The notes under the pieces: generated by a model
What the model was told of the DNA's origin: nothing
Seen by the model: only the letters and a program-made list of their open reading frames with translations
The model's database searches: none
Shown here: piece by piece, positions 12,870-26,160 of the stretch
How the letters are laid out: every line of letters starts with the position of its first letter
Position numbering within the stretch: the stretch's first letter is position 1
Program-made: the position numbers and the translations under genes
Source: Mytilus edulis
Taxonomy: Eukaryota
NCBI RefSeq assembly: GCF_963676685.1
Contig: NC_092352.1
Span: 44,950,001 to 45,014,000 of the forward strand
Direction: 5' to 3'
DNA length: 64,000 nt

Positions 12870-13670
12870 GATCAATGAGTAAAGCCCATACATTATGGTT
12901 GGCTATAAAAGGCCCCGCCATGAAAATAGGAACAAATTCAATTAAGAAAACTAACAGCCTAATTTATAACAAAACAGTTTACTTAAACAGATATGACAAA
13001 CATTTTTCTCTTTTGAATTGTTTTACATTTGTCCTTTCAGGGTCTTTTATAGCAGACTATACGGTATGGGCTTTGCTTATTGTTAAAGGCTGTACGGTGA
13101 ACTATATTTGTTAATTTTTGTGTCATTTGGTCTCCTGTGTAGAGTTGTCTCATTGGCAGTCGTACCCCATCTTCTTTTTGATATGAATCAACAATAACTA
13201 CTGAACTACAGGCTCCTTATTTGGTTCCATTAATCTGGGACTGTATTGTAACAGTACACCATAAGTACAAACTACAAAAATCAGTTAAAAATGGCTCAAC
13301 TCATCAGATGGAAATAAACAGAAATACATTGAACAACATCCCAAAAACAAAGACACTCAGTACAGACCAGAGAGTACTTGCAATTACTGACAGCTAGTTC
13401 AAAGCCAATAACAACTAATGAGCTGACTATATGTATGGGCTTTGCGGCGTTTGCACATTGTTGGTTGCCTTATAGTGACCTATTGTTGTTTATTTCTGTG
13501 TCATTTGGTCTCTTTTGGAGAGTTGCCTCATAGGCAATCATACCACATCTTCTTTTTAAATAAAATCATGTATCTTTGACTAAACTATCAATTAGTATAC
13601 ATCCAACCAACAGACGATTTAGTTCAAAGACATCATTAATAGTCAAGAGAAAAACATGACCTTGTGCATT
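12870..13670. repeat. Cluster of fragments of the abundant SINE-like repeat (GAAGATGTGGTATGATTGCCAATGAGACAAC family) in both orientations
   Basis: Shares sequence with 2970-3080, 9130-9360, 45520-45690, 46915-47100 and 57944-58975. Confidence 0.75.
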
Positions 13671-15333
13671 GCCAAAACTACTATGACTTCATTATTATTG
13701 ATTGGATACCAATTTTTGTGGATTTCGTGGGTACAGGTAAACCACGAAATTAAATGTTCAATGAATAACAAATTTTCCAAAGGCTTGTATGCAAACTTCT
13801 TCAAAACCGTGAAATCAAATATCAACTTTATGTAAATTTTACTTAATCCACAAAAATTGGTACCACAAAAATAATTGAAACCACAGTAACAGTATCGACA
13901 GATTTGAGTCCTGTGAAGGTGTATGTGTAGTATTTAGTATGTTTTAATTTATTGATAACAAAATCAATATTTACTCCAATAAAACAATATTCAAAGATAA
14001 AATACCAGAGATTATAACAAACTAAGCTCTCTGGACTCATAAAAAAATCAACAGGGACAGTTAATGTGAAAGCAAATTCACTGGAATTAATCTGTGGCTT
14101 TCTTGAAATTTAGATATAATGTTTTCCTTGCTTAAGTGCTAGTCTTTGTAAGAAGCAGGCAATTTAGGTAAAAATCAAAACATGATCAGAAAAAACCAAC
14201 TGAGCTAATCATGTTATTTAATACTAACCATCATCCTGAGTTAAAAATTATTAGTCTTTCGTTTGTGTGTGTCTGGTAATATCAAATAACTCGGTTAGAA
14301 AATTGGTTAGAATGATAGCAAATTACAGAGTTATCTCCCCTTATTCAATAATTTCTGGTGCATTTCAACCAAATTGTATCTTCTATTTAATACCAGAACA
14401 GAAAACGAAAATGAATGTTATTTTTGTGCATAACTACATATTATGAACTGAAATCAATGTCAAATTGGGTGGGGTTTTTTGGTCATGTTTTCACCACTGC
14501 CTGATTCTTAGGCAGACTGGCACTTTAAAAATCCACTTTATTTGGACTGATAGTTGACTCTCTGTTTGAAAATGGTTCCATGTTCCCAATAACATTTCAA
14601 TAAAATAGTAAAAGAATGGTTCTACAGTGTTTTATCATTTTATTGTCCTTGATGATAAATATATACTTCATTTACAAATAAATATTTACAATTAAGATTC
14701 AGATCTATGAAAATGAGGAAGTAATATTGTAAATGCAGATCTAGATCACAAAGAAAAACAGTTGCAAGCAACAGTTTGATAGTATACCATATATATTTTG
14801 TAAAGTGAAATGGGGAAAACAGTGACACATACATTAATAATGATAATAGCAATTATATTCTGTTAAACCTTTCATAAAAAAAAATAGAATAATTGAAAAT
14901 TAAAAAATATGAAGGCAGTAAAATAAAAAAAGTTTCAAAATATTTGAAAAAAAAATAATTGGGAACTGTATTCTCCATCTTGGACAAACAATTGAACAGA
15001 AAATATAATACTTCAGTAGTTTTTGACATTCTTGTTATCTAATGAATTATCTTAAACAAAAAAGTACAACCCTATTCAGACAGATGAATTATTCTTCACA
15101 AAAACTAATAACTCTTATGGACGGACAATTGAGCACTTCGGGATAAATTTGGTTGCAACTGTGACACTTCTCATAATAAAAATAATTGAGTATAATTCAT
15201 TTAATAATAATAAATATATCACAGAATTTATCCATTCCAAATTCATCAGTAGTACTAAGGAATCCGTCAAATAAATTTTTCATAAACATTAAGATTCATA
15301 TACAATATTTGCTTTGTTAATTTTGAATTGTCT

Positions 15334-18300
15334 TTAGCATCTTGGTGTAAATGGGAATTTCCATATGAGAATAGCTCCATCTTCACTGACACTGACGATT
15401 AAGTTCTGGTTAGGACAGATTTTAACTTTGATGACCGAGTCACTATGTCCGATTCCTACACCTACAACTTCTCCCTCTTGGTAGGTCCATACCTATAAAA
15501 GAAAAACAAAATTTTGAATAGTCTATATAACACCATAAAGTCTCTATTTTTACATTAACTGTTGTAATTTTTAGGAACCCCGTTGCTCCAAGTCAAATAG
15601 CATTTGAGAGGTAAAAAACAATCAAATTTATATTTACCCTTTCAACGCTACACAAAAAAAATAGAAAAATGGCTGCTGCTGCTGCATATTTTTTGTGTTC
15701 ATTCATTAGAACAGTATATTCCTTTTCAGACTGCTGTATCTTTTTTATTATAAGAGATACAGAGAAAGTTATTGCATGAAAAATGCTCAGGAGAGTAAGA
15801 ACTGTAATGTTAGGCAATTATTTCAGTAAAATTCAGGTTACCTGCATTTTCAGGTAATTAACAGGTAAAAGGTGTAATTTTTAGTCTTCATCTATTTTGT
15901 TGTTTTATCTGCCATATAACAAAGAAGACACCAATTACTCGATTCCGTAGTGTATTGCACCATACACAAGGTATAATGTAATCATGGCACAAATCAGTGG
16001 CTCCGTCCTCAAAATTTTCAGTCAACCTCTGTTTTCCCCCCTTTGTCTACATCTCATAATGATCGATCAAATCATATTTCCCACACGAATTAAATGTAAA
16101 CCTTTTAGCTAATCCTTGTTGTCAGTTTCGCCATAGAAATGCTGAAATATTTCCATATTTACAGCTTCGTTTCCGATTTCTGCCATTTGCATTTTGTCAA
16201 AATATTTTTTTTTATTTTCCTTCAATTTTCCTTCTACTGCATGATTTTACAATAAAAATTGCCTGGATTTCAAGCGCAAATGAGACCTTGTATATCCTTG
16301 ATTCATACAAGGAAAAATTAGAGAGGAACCGAATGAAAACCGAATACTTTAAGAGTCCTGATGAAAAATCCATTGTAATCGCGGCATATGCTGTGTATAG
16401 CGGTGAAAGGGTTAGTGGTCTACCATAAGCCGTAATAAAAAAATGAATTTAACTGTCCATGAATTCTGAAAGGTAATACTAAAGTCCATCATTCCATAAA
16501 ATTTGCAACAAAAGTGAAAAATTTGATATTGAATTATTTTTTTGCTGCACATGATAAGAAACATTTTATAATTCTTTTATTCACAATTCATATAAATTGT
16601 CTCCCTTTAATAGTTAGTAGTTTCCCTTTACTTTTCTTCACAATCTAGTTTTTCTTAGCATACAACTGAAGTAAATTTGTACCTTAATCATTCTGTCATC
16701 TCCTCCTGTGACTAAGAATCTTCCATCAGGTGACAGATCTATGGCATTGACAGATCCACTTGAGGAACCATCTAAGTCTCTAATCCTTTCTCCGCCATGT
16801 GTCTCCCAGAATCCTATTTTTCTATCTGTTCCACTGGTTACTAATTGTACTTCTTTTGCATCATAGGTTAAACATTTGAATAATGTGTTGGCGAATACTA
16901 TTCCCTTCCTTCTTTTATTTCTGAAATAAAAAATATAAATTTCTTTACAATTATGGGTTCAACAGCTCATCTTAACCAAAAACACTTTAAACTTGAATGT
17001 AAAAAATAGATAGTAGTTGAATTTCTATACACAAAATTGAGGATAAATTAAACATTCAATGTGAAACATTTCACTTAAAGAATAATTAAGATGGAATAAA
17101 GTGCATTCATTTATGACATAAAATCATGACGAGCACATAGCAGAAAGCAAAAGAACAGCTCTTGCATTTCTGTTTATTAGAGAATAATTGAATATCAGGC
17201 TTTGAAGGCATAAAACTTTGCTCAGTGCTCGGAGCACAAAAAATCATGCTCGAAACATGAAATCCAGCATTTTGATTGGTTGATTCTAGAGTCTGAGTAC
17301 AAAAATCGTGCTCAAAAGTTTTATTTCTGGATTTCTACAATGATGTCAAGAGGAAGGTCAAGTGTGATATGAAGAATGACAAAATTAGACAACAACTTAG
17401 AAATTTGAAATCAAAATTTAATTTCAATCAATGAAGATTTGAGATCAATATTTGTTGTAAATTAAATCAGGCTTCTTTAAATATACACAAAACTTACTCT
17501 AAATCCCAAATAATACAAGTTCCATCATTGCTAGCAGTGGCACATTCCAGGTCTCCATTGGTTATCTTGACATCAGAAACAGTTCCTTTGTGTTCCATCA
17601 TTGTTTCTGCCAATTTTATAATGTAAACATCCTCGCCTTTCATATTCATACTTTTGGTAATGTCCCAGATGCGTACTTGGCCTTCACCTCCACCACTTAC
17701 GATTCTCCTGCCGTCAGAAGTACATGAAATGGCGGTAACTCCTTTACTATGAGCTTCTCCTCTCTCAAATTTCTGTTTCAAACTTTTACCGTCCTTTGAA
17801 AAACCATATCCTCTGATTATACCATCATCCCAAGCTGAAAAACATGGGTAAACAAATTAGTAAAACTATCTAATTTACAAAAAGCGAAAATTAAAGAATG
17901 TTCAGATTTTGATTCGCCTAAAATCACTCTCAACATTATCTTTTTAGAAAGAATACTATGAAACCAAAGTAATATCTAGTTAAATATAAATATATATGTT
18001 GTCATCAAGTTTGCATGGAAATAATCCAATATCATCAACCCCATTTTTATCACCACACATCATATTTAGTTTAACATGATATACATGTTTCATTTCATAG
18101 TTCATACCATAAAGTTTACAAAGTAAAAAAAGAAAAATGCAAGAAATCTTAAAAATGTTTTCTGAAAAAGCAAGGTTATCTTTTAAAACTTGTCTAATCT
18201 TGCAATACTAACCACTAAATATTGTTTTTCCATCCCTAGTAATGCACACAGCATTACATGTCTTATTGGCGACTACATGTCGTAGAATTTCTTTTTTTGT

Positions 18301-21300
18301 TGACATATTCCAGACTCTAATTTCTTCTTCTTGACATGTTACTATTAAATTGGAAAAGCCACTACAAACAAAAGACATTTCATTTATTTCAAAGTTAGAT
18401 CTGACTTCAGTATATTGACATATAAAGTACTTTATTGTGGGAAAAAGAGACCTTTTGTAGCAAGAAAACTCTAATTAAACTAGCTAGTAGTCAAAGGGAA
18501 AAATATACATGTTCAACAGCACTTTCAGTTTTATCTCAAAACAAATGATTCTCTTGTGAGATTATATAACCTTATTTGATTATTAACTGATAATCATTAA
18601 TATACAATTTTTGGTTCTCTTAAAAACTATCTATCAATCAGTACAAATCTATCAGATTTAGTGTAAAAAAGTCATAACAATCAAAAAACGACACATATTG
18701 TAGTTCCAAATAATCAGCACATAACATCGACAGGATATAGGATTATCAATTATAATATCTGTAAAGCGAAACATATCTAGTTAAGTATTAATTTATCAAA
18801 ACCAAAATCAATCAATACCAAAAATAACTTACAATGGGAATACAACATCTTTAACAGCTTTGGAGTGACATGTTTTTACTAATTCTACACCTTTATCATC
18901 TGTCTGTGTTTTTTTCTCTATTTTTAGACCAGTTTTCTTGTTGATTTGTTTCTGATCTCCACCACCGCTGACAAATTCAGAATAGTTAAACCTATAAATT
19001 TGAGAGTTAGCAGCTCCAACATAAAACTGAAAATATAAAGTGGACAATATTAAAATATTTGAAAAATTATTAAATATTCCAATAAAAGTGTGCTTTAAAT
19101 TATTATTTTCCAGATCAAAAATTTTACCCATATTTTTAGTATAGTTTTTTTAATGTGTAAGAATTCATATTATTGATGCATGAAATTGGTTCATATAAAT
19201 ACATTTTTTTGGGTGCCACATGGCCACAAATGAAATAAGAGTTTACATACAACTACAGGATTATATTTGTCCACTTATTGTAATTGAATTTTACATTCCA
19301 TAAAAGAATATGGCAAAATTCAATTTTTATTTTTAGCATCGTTTCACAGGACTTTTACAACATAATCTACCCAAACTATTCAATACACTTACAATAAATT
19401 TTACTGGTAAGATCTTTTTTTAAAACTTGCAAGAGACACTGTCTCTTCCAAATTGTAAACCAATGTTTATCATGTATTTGTGAAGCCTTGTGGTCTACCA
19501 TGTGGAATGCATACTCACATAATGCTTTGTTATGAAAATGAAAATGCACCTTCAAATGAAAGCTCATCAACAAAAATTAAATATAAAATTTACCTGATGT
19601 CCATCTCCTCTCAGGGCTATAGATGTGATTGCAGGTGATGATAAATTGGATAAATTTTTGTCCTTCCATGACCTGAAATATGCAAAAAAGATCATGTTGT
19701 TTTAAAATTTTGTCTAACTTAATCTTAATATGCTGGAATCCTTGCGGTCGTAAAACTTTGGAGCACGATTTGTGTACTCAGACTCGAGAATCAACCAATC
19801 GAAATACTGGATTTTATGTTTCGAGCATGATTTTTGTGCTCCGAGCACTGAGCAAAGTTTTATGCCTTCAAGGCAAGGGTTCTCATTTAGGATTTTTGAA
19901 GGTGAGTCATGAGACTTGTAATTTTTTCAGCAATGAGCATGTTTAAACTAACAGTGAGAAGAAGAAGTGTTGTCTCTTTTAAATAATACTAATTTCAGTC
20001 TCGACAACAAAATTGAGCACATCAAATTGTCCAATCTTCAAAAACTGCAATTAATAAATACACAGAATAATTCATAAATAAACATTACACAATTTCGTCA
20101 ATTGCTTTAAGTATTTATCCTACCTTTTCTTTTCAAACAAGACTTCACCTTTGTCTTGTTTCTTGTAAAATTTAGCCAGGGCTACTTCTCCATCTCCTGC
20201 TCCAACTAAGAAGTCACCAGACTTTAGAAGTGCCAGAGATGTGACACCTTTACTAAATAGTTCTTTCTTTGGTCCTTGGACTTGGAAGAGTCTGGTTCTC
20301 ATATTGATACCGATGATATCTCCAGTTGTTGTACCACAGAAAAAGAATGGTTCAGCCATGTGATCAGCCATCTATAAATAGAATAAAAAATATTTCAAAA
20401 ATGCTAGAACTAGTCACAGTGTTTTCATTTAGTGTGTCCTAGCAAACAGGAGATCTCAAACAAACAAATACTTTTTGTCATTTAGTCAATCATAAAAAGA
20501 AATATAAATGGTAAACACTTTTTTTGTTAACCTTTATACCCTATGGGTAAAATACTTTGTATTGACTGACCTGAGATTTGATGAATGTTTTAGGGAACAT
20601 TTGCACGAGCAGATAACTTAAATTTAAATTTCTTTTCTGATTGCAATACTTTCTAAAATATTTTTTAGATACAAACGAAAATACATTGTTCTCACCTGTA
20701 TACATTTAACAACTCTTTTAAGTTGACCCATGACCACATTTGTTGCTTTGATTTTTCTATTTCCAACATCAAGTTCCCATACTCGTAATGTACCACTGAA
20801 AAAAAGAAAACTCATTTAGGATTTAATGGGGAGATAACCAAAATAACACATCTCTGATAAAGTTCCTTTATATCAAAACAGTATCAAAAGTTCACTTAAT
20901 TTTATTACTTAATTTGAAGAAGATTGTTACAGCATTCTGCAATTGATCAAAACTGACCAAATTGATGCGAAATTAATTGACAAAAATTAAAAATATTTAA
21001 ATTTTGAAATGATAATTCTATGATTTTAACACCCTCATATTGATTTGGTTAATTTTTGTGTCCTTTTTGGTCATTTGTATTTTAAATTATTCTGCTTTGA
21101 GCGTTTCTGATGAAGGTGAATACAGAAAAATGCTTTGGATGCATGAAATTTATAAATAAGTTTTATTTTTTTGTTAAATAAACTTACTCTCCTCCTGTAA
21201 CAAAGATATCATCGCTGACATTGGAGTAAGCTACACAGTATGTTACTCCAGCACTCTCTACTTGGGCTTGGTTTCCACAAATGGCTTCTTTACTGGCTAG

Positions 21301-23873
21301 ATCCCAAACAACAACACTGAAATAAAATAAAATGATAAATATTTCATGTCTTTCTTTATCTATTGATTTTTATAAAATCAAATTACCTTCATTTATAGTG
21401 AGTTTTTTTACACGTTTAAGCAATTATTTATCTTTTTCAACTCCAAAGCACATTTTGGAAGAAATAATATAATAGAAACAAATATTTACTTTTTCTGCTA
21501 TGTTGAATTACAGCCTTTTACAGGTTGAATAATTATGCAGATAACATAGACTTGTTTTTAAAGTCACAAGCAGGTTTCTCTACTGTTCATAATATATGTG
21601 TCTTGTACTCTTTAATTTCTATATGTTTTTCATTTGGTAAACAGTTATTTTGCACTTTTATAGCCTTTAAAAGTGCCTTTGACATTGTATGGAGATCGGG
21701 ATTGTGGCAAAAAATGCAAAAATCAAACATTGAAGGTAAAACATTTAATGTGATATATAATATGCATCAAAATATAAAAACATGATCAAGAAAGGAAATG
21801 AATTTTCCGAATTTTTTATATCTCACATAGGAGTAAAACAAGGTGAAAACTTATCACCTTTTTTATTTTCTTTGTTCCTAAATGATCTAAAAAGTTATTT
21901 TGTTGAAAATAATATAGAAAGTCTAGATAATATTTCAAATATGTGCTTGGAATCATTACAAATGTATGTTAATTGATTCTTATACTGTAAGTAGATGATA
22001 CTGTGTTATTGTCTGAAAGTGTAGAAGGATTACAAAATACCCTTGTATGTTTTGAAGAATATTGTAAAAATGGAAACTAAAGATTAACACAAGCAAAACT
22101 AAAGCAATGATTTTTAGTAAAAAGAAATCCTAATTTTATGATATATGGAGAAAACATTGAAATAGTTGATTCCTACTGCTTCCATGAAGCATTACCTAGA
22201 CAACCTGATAGGTCAATAAAACAGACAATTCTTAAAATACCAAAACTTTATTGGCAATTTAATTTTTATATGAACCCACCTTCCATCATCTTGCCCACCA
22301 AGAGTTACAAGATATTTTTCATTAGGTGAGAATGCTAAGTCTTGTACTTTCACTTTGTGAAGGCTGAGTGTTGCTATCTGTTGTTTCCTGTGAAAGTCCC
22401 ATATGATGACATTGGCCTAAAATAAAAATATCAGTGAATTAAAACAAGTAAATTTAATGAATACAATTTTATTATTAAAATAATGCCGAGATGTTAATAA
22501 ATTTTACATCTCAGGCCCTAACTTTAATTGATTACTTCAGTTAATTAAATGACACAAACTGTGAGTACAAAAATTACCAACCCTGTATAAACTTCACATC
22601 ACACCACAGAATAAGGAAAACTTGGGTTGAAAAGTACTGTATTATCACTTGCTGTCGAAAAACTAAAGCCGTTTTTTTTTTATACAAGAGTTGAAATTCA
22701 AACAATGTATTAGCAGGCCCATATAGACAGCCATAATCACAAGATGCAGAATATGAAAACAAATATCATGGTAGCAACAAAAAGTATATATATATATATG
22801 TATGACTTTTTTGTTGCACCCATATTTATTTTGCTGATTATGATTGAACCGAACAAAAAACTATTTAAAACGGTTATTTTGCTGGTTCTTATTGAAAACA
22901 CTGTGTCCATACCTTAAATCCCATGTGAGTAACTTGTCCTGATGCTAGGTAGTTACCAGATGGTGACACAGCAATACATGACACATTATTAGTGTGGCCT
23001 GATAATTGTGAAAATTCCTTTGTAGTAACATGTTCAATTATGACTGTATTTCCTAGAGGGTAAATCAGGTGCTCTCTTCCAGGATGAACTTTCAAACCAG
23101 CATTAACATCCCCTAAAAAATACACAAAAATCAACAGTTGCTTCAGTGGTCAACCAGTTCAGCACTTTAAATTCTAAAAAAATATTGAACCCATTATTAT
23201 CAATATACATGTAGGGCAAACTGGTTTTGTTCTTTTCCCTATTTCACTTATGAATGATATTGACTGACTTGATACAATAATGAACTATTGCCGTCATACA
23301 AGAATCACTTTCCATTGTGGCGTCAGGTATTTTGTATTATGACTTCAAAATTTTATGGGAACCTGTATGATGTCAAGTAATGGCGACAAATAACAATAAT
23401 GTGTATTGATATTTTCTATAATGACTTCAAAATTGTGTATTAGAATTACACGATCTGGCATCATAGTTATAGGGTATACTGTATTTCAGCTTTACATATC
23501 CCAAACCTTTCAGGTGTATAAGACTTAAGAAGCCCAAATTTACCATGTGTGAAGAAGCTGGAGTATGTGATACATTTTTTATTTGTTATAACGTGTGATT
23601 GATTTGTTATAACGTGTGATTGATTTGTTATAAAGAAAAGCAATACAGGGCCAGCTTGGGATACTATTTTTTTCAACATTTCATTTAGTAAACAACAAAT
23701 ATAGTGTATAGCATATAAAACAATGGCGCATAAGTTGGAAAATGCTGCTGCATTATTTATACTCTGTCTGCGCTTTTCAAAACAAAACTTGTCAAAAGTC
23801 TCATCTTACCATTAAATCCAATGATTGAATCAAGTTCCAATCTAGGAACATCAATTATTGGTGTGTCTGTCAT
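15334..23873 (-). CDS. CFAP52: Cilia- and flagella-associated protein 52 (WDR16), WD40 microtubule inner protein, 12 coding exons, 677 aa
   Basis: Exons (minus): 23873-23810, 23112-22913, 22416-22280, 21316-21188, 20795-20696, 20371-20124, 19672-19594, 19026-18833, 18361-18213, 17834-17498, 16920-16683, 15492-15334; all GT-AG, 2034 nt in frame. Motifs match CFAP52 as I recall it: LELDSIIGFNG, HLIYPLGNTV, SGQVTHMGFK, LGGQDDGSVVVW, GQLKRVV, SGGGEGQVRIW, ASNDGTCIIWDL, VSVSEDGAILIWKFP. Confidence 0.96.
15637..16411. mobile_element. piggyBac-like MITE in CFAP52 intron 11
   Basis: TIR CCCTTTCAACGCTACAC / GTGTATAGCGGTGAAAGGG; flanks TTTA and TTAG (degenerate TTAA). Confidence 0.65.
17202..17323 (+). 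repeat. ~120-bp dispersed repeat in CFAP52 intron 10
   Basis: Reverse complement of 19751-19872 with few mismatches. Confidence 0.85.
19751..19872 (-). repeat. ~120-bp dispersed repeat in CFAP52 intron 6 (inverted copy of 17202-17323)
   Basis: TAAAACTTTGGAGCACGATT...GAGCAAAGTTTTATGCCTTCAA pairs with 17202-17323. Confidence 0.85.
21098..21143 (+). ncRNA. Degenerate type I hammerhead ribozyme-like motif (relic)
   Basis: GCGTTT-CTGATGA-AGGTGAATACA-GAAA-AATGCTTT-GGATGC: core boxes present and stem I pairs with G-U pairs; stems II and III are decayed. Confidence 0.5.
21525..22180 (+). pseudogene. Decayed non-LTR retrotransposon RT fragment (RTE-X-like) in CFAP52 intron 3
   Basis: ORFs 21525-21785 and 21782-21976 carry RT motifs QAGF, FKSAFDIVWRSGLW and GVKQGENLSPFLFSLFLNDL; a broken YADD region (GATGATACTGTGTTA) lies near 21995; frameshifts and stops throughout. 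Confidence 0.88.
23582..23632 (+). repeat. 21-bp tandem repeat, ~2.5 copies
   Basis: ATTTGTTATAACGTGTGATTG repeated. Confidence 0.85.
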
Positions 23874-23960
23874 CTTCTTTTTTGTGGTAGCCTTCTTAAA
23901 ATAGGAACGTCAAGGCTACTTGTACACACAAAGCTAAACACTGCCTTTCAAAATTTAGAT

Positions 23961-23988
23961 GTTGTCATTGGAGACAAGCATGGCGACC
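23961..23988. promoter_or_regulatory. RFX X-box-like element(s) upstream of CFAP52
   Basis: GTTGTCATTGGAGAC (23961-23975) and the adjacent half-site CATGGCGAC lie ~90 bp upstream of the ATG of a motile-cilia gene and resemble GTTGCCATGG(C/A)(A/G)AC. Confidence 0.55.
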
Positions 23989-24234
23989 AAAATAACAACG
24001 CCACCTATTTCCGGTTGTCTAATCCGCATTTCATTACCGTTCTAACCAGCAGGTGTCCGTTGCTAATTTAATTTAAAATTGAATGTCATTAATTTATTTT
24101 AAAAAATCACATAACTTTTGTGTTCGAAGTATTTTAGATGATTTTGATGGTGGAAAAAGACACAACAATTAAAAAAGGGGGGTTCAAAAATAAGAGTATT
24201 ATTTTTTTCTTCCCTCTTTTTCTAACTGAAAATT

Positions 24235-24337
24235 ACAGGCACTTTAGTCTCAGAAAAAATTTTCCTATATTCCTTAATATAACACGTGTTGTTATTTTAA
24301 GGTATATAGGAATTTTTTTCTGAGACAAGTGCCTGTG
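24235..24337. mobile_element. Near-perfect ~100-bp hairpin MITE upstream of CFAP52
   Basis: ACAGGCACTT..TCTCAGAAAAAATTTTCCTATAT...ATATAGGAATTTTTTTCTGAGACAAGTGCCTGT. Confidence 0.75.
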
Positions 24338-24598
24338 ACGCAGTGGCTAAAAATAAAGACAAACATATACAACACTTTTACAGTATGTACACAAAAACTT
24401 GAACAACATAGAAAAATATGTGCAAACATAAAACTATTAATCTGCTAAACATTTTAACAATATGTAAAAACAGGTGATAAATAATCATTCAGGGGACAAT
24501 TACTCGGGTAAGGGGTCACTTTTCAATATCAACCATATTATTTTTATACGTAGTAGATCTTATTTTGATGAAAATCTTTGAAATTTACTGTTTCTCTC

Positions 24599-26160
24599 TT
24601 AGGGAGCTACCATTGGATTTTTAGGGGGCCTAGGATGAAATTTGAAAAAAAGGCAGGACAGGAGTTTTGAGTAAAAAAAAAAGGCAGGATGAGCAACTTG
24701 GCAAAAAAAGACAGACTGTCAGTTTATGTTAAAAAAAAAAGGCAGGATAAACTAAGAAAAAAAAGGCAGGACCAAGAGTGAAAAATAACTAGAGGCTCTA
24801 AAGACCCTGTGTCGCTCACCTTGGTCTATGCGATTATTAAACAAAGGACACATGACGAAATTGTGTTAAGGTGATGATGATGTGTTTGTAGATCTTACTT
24901 TACTAAACATTCTTGCTGCTTACAATAATCTCTATTTATAATGAACTTGGCCCAGTAGTTTCAGTGGAAAATGTTAGTGAAAATTTACAAATTTTATGAA
25001 AATTGTTAAAAATTGACTATAAAGGGCAATAACTCTTTAGGGGGTCAATTGACCATTTTGGTCATGTTGACTTATTTTTAGGTCTTGCTTTACTGTACAT
25101 TATTGCTGTTTACAGTTTATCTCTAACTATAATAATATTCAAAATAATAACAAAAATACGGCAAAATTTCCTTAAAATTACCAATTCAGGGGCAGCAACT
25201 TAACAACCGGTTATCCGATTCATCTGAAAATTCTAGGGCAGACAGATCTTCAACTGATAAACAATTTCATATCCTGTCTCTATAAATTTGCTCTACATGC
25301 TTTGATTTTTGAGTTAGAAGCCAAAAACTGCAATCTTCCCCTATGTTCTATTTTTAGCCATGGCGGCCATCTTGGTTGGTTGGCCGAGTCACTGGACAAA
25401 TTTTCTTAACTAGATACCCTAATGATGATTGTGGCCAAGTTTGGTTTAATTTGACCCAGTAGTTTCAGAAGAGAAGATTTTTCTAAAAGATTACTAAGAT
25501 TCACGAAAAATGGTTAAAAATTGACTATAAAGGGCAATAACTCCTAAAGGGGTCAACTGACCATTTTGGTCATGTTAACTTATTTGTAAATCTTACTTTG
25601 CTGAACATTATTGCTGTTTACAGTTTATCTTTATCTATAATAATATTCAAGATAATAACCAAAAACAGCAAAATGTCCTTAAAATTACCAATTCAGGGGC
25701 AGCAACCCAACAACGGGTTGTCCAATTCATCTGAAAATTTCAGGGCAGATAGATCTTAACCTGATAAACAATTTTACCTCTGTCAGATTTGCTCTAAATC
25801 CTTCGGTTTTTGAGTTATAAGCCAAAAACTGCATTTGACCCTATGTTCTATTTTTAGCCATGGGGGCCATCTTGGTTGGTTGGCCGGGTCACCGGACACA
25901 TTTTTTAAACTAGATACCCCAATGATGATTGTGGCCAAGTTTGGTTTAATTTGGCCCAGTAGTTTCAGAGGAGAAGATTTTTGTAAAAGTTATCGACGAC
26001 GGACGACGCCGGACGCCGGACGCGAAGTGATGACACAAGCTCACTTGGCCCTTTGGGCCAGGTGAGCTAAAAAGGCAGGACAGAAGGCAGGACAGAAGGC
26101 AGGACAGAGATTACAACCAAAAAAATGTTGTGCAAAAAAAAAAAAAAAAAAAAAAATTAT
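24599..26160. mobile_element. MITE with AAAAAGGCAGGA repeats, split by a HINE-like insertion
   Basis: AAGGCAGGA units at 24650-24770 resume at 26071-26108, directly after the HINE. Confidence 0.55.
24787..26070 (-). mobile_element. HINE-like element with ~500-bp internal duplication
   Basis: Inverted copy of 32125-33413; terminal hairpin GCTCACTTGGCCCTTTGGGCCAGGTGAGCT, (GAC)n microsatellite, TTGACTATAAAGGGCAATAACTC at ~25013 and 25521. Confidence 0.85.
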
